Assembly (NCBI GenBank): GCA_951406725.2
Contig: OX597831.1
Location: 58,838,001 to 58,902,000, forward strand
DNA from: Octopus vulgaris
Taxonomy: Eukaryota
Direction: 5' to 3'
Length of the DNA: 64,000 bases
The notes under the pieces were generated by a model that saw only the letters and a list, made by a program, of their open reading frames with translations, ran no database searches and was not told where the DNA came from. Each line of letters begins with the position of its first letter. Position 1 is the stretch's first letter. Positions 54,201 through 64,000 of this stretch are shown in pieces. The position numbers and the translations under genes were made by a program.

Positions 54201-55112
54201 TCTTTCAAGTTCCTAACTGTTACTGAGACGTTATGTTCACAGTGAATAATTCACATCGTATTAATGTGAAATATTTACTCAGTTTGATTCGTTCAAGAGG
54301 CGTCTAATGGTCAGACTACCTGCCATCATCAGATATGTACAGAGCGTTATGCTTTGGAAAAGTCAGTGGATGCAAGAATGTGATTTCCTTCGTCTTCGCA
54401 TTTCAAACGTGCCTCTACGTAATCAAAAGGCATGCCGTTTATTATCAATTTTCGGACCAGTCAGTAATTCAAAATATATTCTCTATCAACAAGCTTTAGG
54501 AGCAGAGATATTGCGGAGAAGCTTACCAGCAGGAAAAGTTTCAGCAACGAAAGCTCGATCAGTAATGTGCTTTGTAGCATTTCTGTACCCTAGTTTCTTC
54601 ATGTGCAAATGATAGACGCCTAATCATCTGCACCATATGTAATGTTCACTATAATCTGTAATAACCAGATTCGTTTATCTACCAGAAGAGTCTGTAAATA
54701 ATATTGTTAAAAGTCATCTCGGGTTTGTATTAAAAAACGCTGCAGTGGCTTGCATCAACATTCGGAAATAAAAGAAGACATCAATAGAGCGAAATAAGAA
54801 TTGCATTATAGCGATTGTAAGAACCATCCCTAACTCTGGTGTTCTACTATGAAGATACTGTGGAGTTAGTAAGTCAGTAATATGAATTCACATGGGTTTC
54901 GATGCATATTTTCATCACATTCGTGTATGAATCTCGTAGAAACATGCTTCGTTCCCTGAATTTGTAAGAAAGCACCTGCAATATATCCCATTTAAAATTA
55001 ATGAGCTGTCAACACCTACAATAACTTGTTCAGTAATCTCACTCGAAAATAATGTCGTTATTAAATTAAGAACGTTATTAATTAAAACTGGCATTGAAGA
55101 ATCCATGATACA

Positions 55113-56342
55113 TAGGTAGGGCGACTGATAAGTTCTTAGGCTGACGAAGATAACCTCGTGGAATATGACCAAATGGTGTATATTATTCAACATAGTACTA
55201 CTTGCGGTACAAAATATTCTTCCACCCGTGTTGCAGTGGATGGATCCCATTGGTGGAGAAACGGAGCTGACATCCTCTTGGTGAAAAAGGTCGTCAACAG
55301 TTGATATAACGTCGTCATCACTGACTTACTGGTTCTCAGCTAAGTGTTTTATTCAGTTGGGGTAATCAGGAGAGTACGGGTCGGGTTATCAACTGGTTCA
55401 AAGTCACATTGAAACTCAATAACCATTGAAACCAAGGATTGCTATGCTGGAGTATTGCCTTGAAGAAGCAAGACTCATTTCGTCAGTTTACCTGGGCGTT
55501 TGGTCTTGATAGGCTTTCGTAAATTCGTACCTGCAATTTGATATAGCACTATCCATTGACGGTCCTTTTGAACATTGCCAATGGATACACTACCTTGTGC
55601 ATCCCAAAACACTGAGGCTGTCACCTTTCTGTAGATGAAACTTCTTTGGAGCAGCGGAGGTGGGGCGTTTCACCTGTATCGACTGTCCTTGTCTCCGGTT
55701 CAAAATGATGAACCCAACACTCATCCAACCTAAGGAAAGGTTCAAGTATCACAGTGTGTTCATTGTGATGCTTTTCAAACAATGTCAGATTTTGCAGTGA
55801 TGTAATGAACCTGGTGCGATTTTGAACCATCGTCATGCCAATTACATTGTGCGAAATATTCTCAACTCTCCTGACACATACTAATAGCATTGGTTATTTG
55901 ATTTATTTTCAATCACCGGTCATCCATTACCATATGGTGAACACGATCTATGTTGTCCAGAGTTGTGGTAGTCGCAGGACGTCCAGAAACTAGGTCTTCT
56001 TCAAGGGTCTCCCTTCTCGTCCTAAATTCAGTTTTCCACTTCTGTACAGTTGGTAAAACTGGATCGTCATTCCTCATATGTAGCAATCATGTCAGCATGA
56101 GTCACCTTACGGGTTAAACAATTGTCTACATGTACATAACACAATGGTGTCAAATTTTGTCGATTTTCAAGAGAAATCGTTACTAGTTCGTTTTGAAGTC
56201 TTTGGAAATCAGATATCAGTTTACGTGATGGGAAACAATGTAGTTATTAATAAGAAGGTTTGAAATCAGTGCATGCAAAATTTCACAGCTCTAGTATCAT
56301 TCCTTTATAAGTAACCTATGAACTATTCAGCCCACCTTCGTT
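55113..56342 (-). mobile_element. Near full-length decayed mariner
   Basis: Both TIRs (tagggcgactgataagttcttaggct; rc cgaaggtgggctgaatagttcataggtt); ORF remnant RLDECWVHHFEPET; also VFWDAQG. Confidence 0.9.
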
Positions 56343-58041
56343 AGCTCCTATTGGTAACTAATATCAACGTGAAATATTATGATTAGAATATATTATCATA
56401 CTACAATAAGTATTGTTACAATCCACGTCTTTTTATGTCAAGGATATTTTAGAGGTAATGCGTGTATTTGTTTCTGTATTATAAGAAGTAACATTGGAAG
56501 CGTTGTTCTCATGTTCTCAAATTTGCAGAACTCACGCTTCCCAAAAACTTTTTATGTACTGAGAAGGATATTTGAAACTAGAAACATACTAATCGATATT
56601 AGTGCACTTTCACATCTCATTGTGTTCTCAGTGCTTGAGTACTTCTTATTGCCGCATCAACTAAGGAGAAACGACATGGTCCTTCTATAAATAACAGCCT
56701 ACTTGAACTAGTAAAACTAATGTTCTGTTAATACTAATATATAAACGATCATTCGAAATGCGGTTCACTTGTACCGATGGAATGGCGTATTGCTTAATGT
56801 AGTCTTACATTAAGACGTTACAGATGTGAGAAAATTGTGGATGGTCAAGGATGGAAACATACTCATGTATGATTTCAGTTTAATCACAAATGCAAGAAAA
56901 ATTATTCTGGTGCTGTATTTGTTTAAAACTAATTATATGCAGTATCTATTTAGAACTAATTATCTGCAGTAACTATTTAGAACTAAGTAGAGTGGGTAAT
57001 TTCAAAGTTAATTGCCTAGACAGGATACGACTTTCCGACCTCATTGCTTCTTTTACCGTTGTGATCGACTCGGTCATTTTGCACACTTCTGGACAAGACG
57101 ATCAACATTAAATAATTCTGCACAAAAGAAATAATAAATAGATAAAAGTATGTCTACTCGCAGGGCAATAAAACTCAACCATTACTGATATCGTATAAAC
57201 TAAGATATATCTATGGACAATAACAACAAAAAGAAAAAAAATGTTGTTAAGCGTCATAAATTAAATAACGTCTGACTGAAGTAATAATGGTGTAGAAATA
57301 TCGCAAATTAATGACATTAAAGAAAAGAAACCCTTCCAATAACATGTACGATATATAGAAGAAAATATTTTATAGAAATTACCGAAATATTCTCTTTCTG
57401 CAATCCATAAGTTGCTAGTATGTTATTAGTTTGGGAAAAACAATTATATTACTTTTCATATTTAACCAAACTTTTGGCGAGCCACATACAATCAAACTAA
57501 CCAGAAACCGATATCACGATGCGGTTTCATTTAGCAGTTGTTATATATTTCACTTTCTTTTATATCCTCATCTCCTTGAAGTACATTTGAAAGTCACGTC
57601 TAAAATAGAAATACAAGGTATATCTTTGATATTCAGTTGCATTCTTCTGAGATAATATTGATCAAGGATAAAATGGTATTGGGAATGTTGTCAGGTCTTC
57701 GAGTATATTCGCAGAATAAATGAAGTGAAATATTATAAATGTTGCTCCTGTTGTTATTTATCTGCTGGTTAGCTGGGACAGAAGTTTCCTACGTTCAAAC
57801 ACATTAATTTGTGATCATTTTACACTCTGAACTGCAAGATTTTGTGTGAATTTTCGAATATGTCTTAGTGCATTTAAAAAGATAAAATAGTCTTTATGAG
57901 ATTTCTGCTCTTTTTTCTAGCAGCACAAGTATATTCGTTCACTATAATACCGTATGTAGGATGTCATCAAGTCTCTTCTCTTTTTTTATCGAGAATGGTG
58001 TGCACTATGGTAAATTTCTTAATTAGATTATATTTGCTTCA

Positions 58042-58247
58042 CATTTTGGCACAAATACAGCGGTTTCGGGGTAATGGGTAAGTCAGTTATATCGACCTTG
58101 TGCCTAAATGGTATTTATTTTATCAACCACAAGAGAATGAAATGCAAGGTCGACCTCGCCGGATTTGAATTCTGAACGTTAGTTTGGAAGAAATGCAGCG
58201 AAGCCTTTCTCCCGACACTGCGCTAACGACACTGCCAGCTCGCTGTC
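58042..58247 (-). mobile_element. Nin-type SINE
   Basis: gaatgaaatgcaaggtcgacctcgccggatttgaattctgaacg...gctaacgacactgccagctcgc. Confidence 0.8.
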
Positions 58248-59844
58248 ATAAAAATGGATGATAATATTAATTTTAATTTGATATCCGAAGTTTCATGTTA
58301 GCCATTAAAGGTAAACTAAATATTATGACTTTCAAGCTTTTCTAAACTATTTAGAATTCATAATCAACGATTCAGAAGCGAATCTACTCAGTGGAAGTTT
58401 CCAGAATAGATTTGATGACGTTTATCTGATATTGAAAGAAATACAACAATTGAAGCTCTACATATTGTGCAGTTACAACATATGTATCGTTACTCATCAA
58501 AGAAGTTATTGGTATGTTATATAATAAAAGTTATGAAGAGTCTCAAACTGTTAAACCATTTCTAAATTTTGAAGGGCAACGAGATATTCAATTAATTCAA
58601 ATGACTACACTAAAGGAATTTAAATTACTGATATAATTGAAAACCCATTCCTTCATCAAAACATCTTTTAAGTCTTAGTTTTAACCAAATTAATGCTGTC
58701 ATCGGTGAGAAAGATAATCAGAAAATTCGAATATTTCGGAAAAATAACAATATCAATGCAAAACTTACTAATGCAACTCCGAATATATTTCTGTATTGTG
58801 ATCTCATCCACAGCATATATTCTTCACGTTCTTGTCGAAGTAATAACCAAAATATGTATGAGAAATATGTAATGCTGTCATAAATATGTGTAAATATGCA
58901 TTCCTGCAAAATCTTATTTCACTTCTATTAATATGCAAATTAAGTTTGAGAGATTAATTTCCAATTTAGTGAAAGTATCTCTCATCTATATCGAGAACCA
59001 TTAGAAATTGTCGCTACGCTTCCTTTTATCGGCTTCAATTAAGGATGATGTTTCACTTTCTTTTTGTATGGTAATCAATAAAGAGTGACAGAATAAGTAG
59101 TATACTTAAAACTTAAGTAATGGGTTGGACTAAGCCCTTCAAGGCGGTGTAGCAATATAGCCGAAGACCAAGTAAAAGATTAAAAAAAAAGTAAATTACA
59201 CTTCATCTTAATTATCTGAAATTAAGTCATTGCTCATTTTGAGTTCGTTTACTTTGTTTTAATTTAATTTTATTTGATACTGAATAAAAGTTAGTTGCAT
59301 TTACTTTCCTTCATCCTAGAATATATATCAGCGTATCGGCAAATATGACTTAAGATTATGTTATTCGACGTTGATAAATTCATATATTTCGAATCATATA
59401 CTTTTCAGTTTACCTACAGAGGTCAAAGCTTCTTCGATATAATTATGCAAATTAACTTTTAGATATTAATTATACGATTATTACATGATTAGGCCATTAT
59501 AAGATTATACTAATTATACGATTTAAGTATACTATCGTGTACTCTACATTCAATACGTATGTAATGAATTATTCAATTACACGTAAATAACACATTTAAG
59601 ATATTTCACTTCGTACAAGTTAGCACACATGCAGAATGGACTAGTGGCATTAATAACCAAGATGCTTGTAGATACATTTAAGACATATCTGAAAATAACA
59701 GGTTGAAATGGTAACTGCAACATATAAAATAAACAATAATAAACGAAAGCTATCAGGAAATGCTTAAATCAAATACATAGCAAATTACGAGCACCAAGAT
59801 TCTAGTAAGGAACTTTATGATTCTTTCCTACATCCACTGGTTTC

Positions 59845-60019
59845 TTTACTCTCTCTTTTACTCTTTTAATTGTTTCAGTCATTTGACTGCGGCCATGCTG
59901 GAGCACCGCCTTTAGTCGAGCAAATCGACCCCGGGACTTATTCTTTGTAAACCCAGTACTTATCCTATCAGTCTCATCGGTTGTCAAGCAATGCTAGGGG
60001 GACAAACACAGACACACAA

Positions 60020-60056
<37 letters not shown>

Positions 60057-60232
60057 CATACATATATACGACAGGCTTCTTTCAGTTTCCGTCTACCAAA
60101 TCCACTCACAGGGCATTGGTCGGTCCGGGGCTATAGCAGAAGACACTTGCCCAAGATGCCACGCAGTGGGACTGAACCCGGAACCATGTGGTTGTTTAGC
60201 AAGCTACTTACCACACAGCCACTCCTTCGCCT
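59845..60232 (-). mobile_element. CORE/OR2-like tRNA SINE
   Basis: Reverse complement of the 39768-40193 family, with a small internal deletion. Confidence 0.92.
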
Positions 60233-60427
60233 ATATAGCTATGTTTACTTTCAATGACTGCACCTTCTTTCTTATTGCTTTTAATAGCTTCATTGGTTTC
60301 ATATATTGCTTCCTTGGTGCATAAAAACACTACATACATAGTTAGGCTTACCTTTCTGTTTGAATGTATTTCTAGTTTTATGTTAATGTAATGTTATTTT
60401 ACTTACGGGAAACGATGTAAAACAGAA

Positions 60428-60760
60428 TCTCTATATATATATGAACGGCAAAATATCTGTGTGTGTATCCTTTATACAAATCCACAATTGTTCTGTTAGA
60501 GGGCTCGCACTTTCTATGATTATTCAAAACCGTCCAAGGGTGGTCGTTCACATCTTTACATTTCCCCAGTCACCCAGCAAAGCCATTACAAAATCAATAG
60601 AAGTGACTTTTTTGTGAATTTTCTATCCAAAACACAATCAAAATGCCCGAAAGTTGATAGGGCCAGTTGAATGCCAGCTAGCTGTATGTGATTGGTCGGA
60701 GATTTGGACAGTACTCGCGTGTATGTGCGCACGCAGCTGTATATACATGCATTATCACTA
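60428..60760 (+). mobile_element. Probable non-autonomous Helitron 5' portion
   Basis: A|TC start followed by tctatatatatatgaacggcaaaatatctgtgtgtgt, the usual Helitron 5' pattern (TC, TA-rich, ctgt/gtgt); no 3' CTRR found. Confidence 0.5.
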
Positions 60761-61026
60761 TGACCCGGCGTTATATAATAATATATAATATACACAGACA
60801 CACACACAAGCATATATATGCTATTCAATGTAAAATGTTTACCAGATATCGTAACACGCACACACACACACACACACACACAAACATTCATACATCAATG
60901 TACTGGCATAAAAGATTCACTCCAGATATCTGGCTGGCTCCTGTGGTAGGCTAATATGGCGTGCGGCACACAATTAGTGATGAGTCTTTTATGGGTACCC
61001 TACTATCTCAGATTTATATCACAATA

Positions 61027-61188
61027 GGCGCAGGAGTGGCTGTGTAGTATGTACCTTGCTTACCAACCACATGGTTCCGGGTTCAATTTCACTGCCTGGC
61101 AACTTGGGCAAGTGTCTTCTACTATAGCCTTGGGTGAACCAAAACCTTGTGAATGTATTTGGTAGACGGAAACTGAAAGTACCCGTCG

Positions 61189-61261
<73 letters not shown>

Positions 61262-61465
61262 TGTGTGTCTGTATTTGTCCCTCCTCCAACATCGGTTGAC
61301 AACCGATGCTGGTGTGTTTACGTCTCCGTAACTTAGCGGTTCGGCAAAATAGACCGATATAATATGTACTAGGCTTACAAAGAATAAGTCCTGGAGTCGA
61401 TTTGCTAGACTAAAGGCGATGCTCCAGCATGGCCGCTATCAAATGACTGAAACCAGTAAAAGAGT
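61027..61465 (+). mobile_element. CORE/OR2-like tRNA SINE
   Basis: ggcgcaggagtggctgtg...cttgggcaagt...(TA)n...gctccagcatggccgc..aaatgactgaaac. Confidence 0.92.
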
Positions 61466-61479
61466 GTATCACAGCTGGA

Positions 61480-62790
61480 AAAATCTGAATCACTGTGATA
61501 TTAGGAGATCACAGTAAAACAACAGGTAAACAACATTATTGGTTTTAGCATTTGGTGTGAGTATGGTGAAATTGTTGCCATTTCCAACACCCTGGAATAA
61601 CCAGCATAGTGTTGACCATGGGAAAAGCACTGCTCATGAGGGGAAGTTCAATAATTTTCACTGATTTTCCTTGATTCTTGTTAATTGGCATTGCAAAACT
61701 AACTCTTGCTTGAAATTGAAGTCTCTTCTCTTGAATCAGTGGATTTCTTGGAATAAACACATTTTCTCCCTTTCCTTTTCCTGTGAAGGTTGATGCTTCC
61801 AAAAAATGTGAATGCATTAGCATGAGAGTCTTGTTTCTTTGCGTAGCTTTGGAGGATCCCGATTTCCAAAAACCAAGTTTGGAACCCTTTTTTGTGGGTC
61901 AATGTCAGTTTGTAAAAAGGCATTCCATGCAGATACAAATAGTTAAGAAACTCAGTAGAATAATTCCCACCCTAATTGAGGTCAACAACCGTATCAACTG
62001 AGAAATAATTTCCCACCTCAGTACTAATTGTTTGCATAAGTTTCCAATTGTCAACTTGGACAGTTTCATTATTTGGTACAATTATGGCTCTTTCACAAAA
62101 TCAATCAGGATCTTGGAAATTACGTCAAAGTAATTACGTAAACGTCGGTAACCAAAACTTCTACAGTCGAGACGATAATCCCACAGTCATTTACAAAAGT
62201 GATGTCTCTATTAATACCTTGCTGAATTCTTCCATTCCCCAGATCCAATAGCTCAGCTGCAAATCTGCAAGCATATAAATCTCCAAATCCAATCCGGCTG
62301 GAAGTCGAATCCGTCCCAAAGTCTGATCTGGCCGGAAGTCTAATTTGGGCTGAAAGTCCAATTGGGGCCGAAAGTTCGAGTTCTTCAATATTTCCTTCGG
62401 AGCGCTTCAATTCACTAACTCTGAGAGATTTTGAAAGTTCTCCCTCTAGCTTGGATCTAGCTTTAAATGAACTGAATTGAAAATATTTTTGAAATTCACA
62501 AATTATTTAAGTTCACACATTTTAAAATTTCAGTGTAAATGGAAAACTTTTCTGTTCACAAATGTTTAGAGTTCTTTAAAAATTTGAATTCTCAACTGTT
62601 AGCATATAACAAATCTTCATCCAGTCTTCATCCCAGTGTTGGGTGTTGAGGAACCAAATGAAAGGCAGACTTTCAATTCGCAGGTCATCCTGACTCCAAA
62701 AAGTTATAATATGCGTATGTAGAGCAATATCGACTGCGATACAGGTCTCTGGGCGGATGGACAGACAGAATTTCGCTTTAATAAATACAT
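61480..62790 (-). mobile_element. Helitron remnant with PIF1-like helicase C-terminal fragment
   Basis: RAIIVPNNETVQVDNWKLMQ, LHGMPFYKLTL, GKGKGENVFIPRNPLI..KRLQFQARVSFAMPINKNQGKS (~RLQFPVRLSFAMTINKAQGQS); 5'-end-like aaagcgaaattctgtctgtcc near 62780. Confidence 0.88.
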
Positions 62791-62979
62791 GTGTATAATT
62801 TATATAAATATATAACTACACATTCATATTCTCACAGGCTTATATATGTATAGCACTGTCAACCTACTGATGTTGGTAAGTAAGAATGGATTAAATTACT
62901 ATATATATGTGCATGTGTGTATATGTGTGTATGTGTGCGTATGTGTGTATATATATGTATATACATATATACACATGCC

Positions 62980-63045
<66 letters not shown>

Positions 63046-63797
63046 AGCATGTCTGTATTTATGCACGTATATGTTAAATAAATTTGTAGTTTAGTAGTTT
63101 AGTTGTTTGGTTTTCGACGAATTGAATGCATATTTCAAATTAACTCCATAAATATATTATAATTTTAAATTGTCTTACACACCATCCAAACATTTTGAAC
63201 TTAATTCTGAGCTGCAAGGAAGATTTTTCTTGAAATATATGTCGTATTTTCGATCATAAGCGTATTGTACTGTATGTCTTATTGGGTGCAAAGTTTGTAT
63301 GCTTTGCACGTAGTGTATTTATTAAAGCAAGCTCTTACAGTTTATTTTTCTTTAGCTTAGTTCGAGAATCGTTGGCATCGGTTGCATGTGTTGAATTCTA
63401 GAAAATTATACAGTAATCGAACCAGGAGAGAATGGAGAAAGCTACTGATAGTTTTGACGGTAAATAATATATTTCTTTTATCTCTTGTGAATAAATATAA
63501 AATAGGCCTGTAATATCCAGCATAGCCTATGACATTCCTGTCTTACGTAATCATTTTTGTTTGTTACAAATGTGAGAAACTAACACGAAAATATATTGCT
63601 GGTGGTGAGAGAATATTCTTCTTAGTAAATAAAGAGAACAAAATTTCATACGCGTTAGGTAAATTTTATTGATGACAGTTTCCATAAACATAAAGCTAGC
63701 TGATGTAACGTAAAGAACGGTTCGATGCAGGATCAATTTCGTTGCTCAACTGTCGACTCCTTTCGATATGAAGCCTAGTGAATCGCATTATATTCAT

Positions 63798-63798
63798 T

Positions 63799-63829
<31 letters not shown>

Positions 63830-63851
63830 GCTGCTGCTACTACCACCACTA
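63798..63851. repeat. (CTA)n/(CTG)n trinucleotide microsatellite
   Basis: Directly visible. Confidence 0.9.
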
Positions 63852-64000
63852 ATAGCATTTTCAGCGCAACATATTTACCAGGCGGAGTGTGTATCTTCTT
63901 AGTTGGACTCTAAAAGGACAAGGGATGCGTACATAGATTGCCAATGAACTGAAGCAGTAACAAATATTTATGTTTTCTTCCATATTGTAATTATCATTTT

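Noticed and set aside
54295-54340. Minus-strand CTGATGA plus hairpin
   Set aside because: Lacks GAAA and a cleavage triplet.
54527-54691. Possible minus-strand exon ending at CTG|gtaagc
   Set aside because: Ambiguous acceptor, stops in all frames from the plausible acceptors, and no recognisable product.
56927-56986. 27-bp tandem repeat (~2.2 copies), superficially CRISPR-sized
   Set aside because: No spacers; a simple tandem duplication in eukaryotic DNA.

Overview
AT-rich eukaryotic DNA crowded with (TA)n/(CA)n and tetranucleotide microsatellites. The SINE families (tRNA/CORE-type and Nin/Deu-domain-type) and the repeat landscape point to an octopus or other coleoid cephalopod genome (inference). 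No intact protein-coding gene is supportable; almost all ORFs in the track are microsatellite translations or decayed transposon fragments. Recognisable content: three mariner remnants, a young Tc1/mariner-derived MITE with nested inverted repeats, a Tigger-like remnant, R4/Dong-like, RTE and CR1/L2-group LINE remnants, Helitron pieces, about 13 SINE copies or fragments, Penelope-like RT/GIY-YIG fragments, and several short Penelope-LTR-like elements. The most interesting signal is a set of type I hammerhead-ribozyme motifs inside those Penelope-like elements. One (24959-25002, minus) has a compensatory U3:A8 core that standard CUGANGA searches would miss. Another (17054-17148) has a perfect 13-bp stem II. 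There is also a near-identical 785-bp partial-tandem dimer nested inside an old SINE, and two or three splice-site-bounded candidate exons on the minus strand. All family names come from reading motifs by eye; no database search was run.
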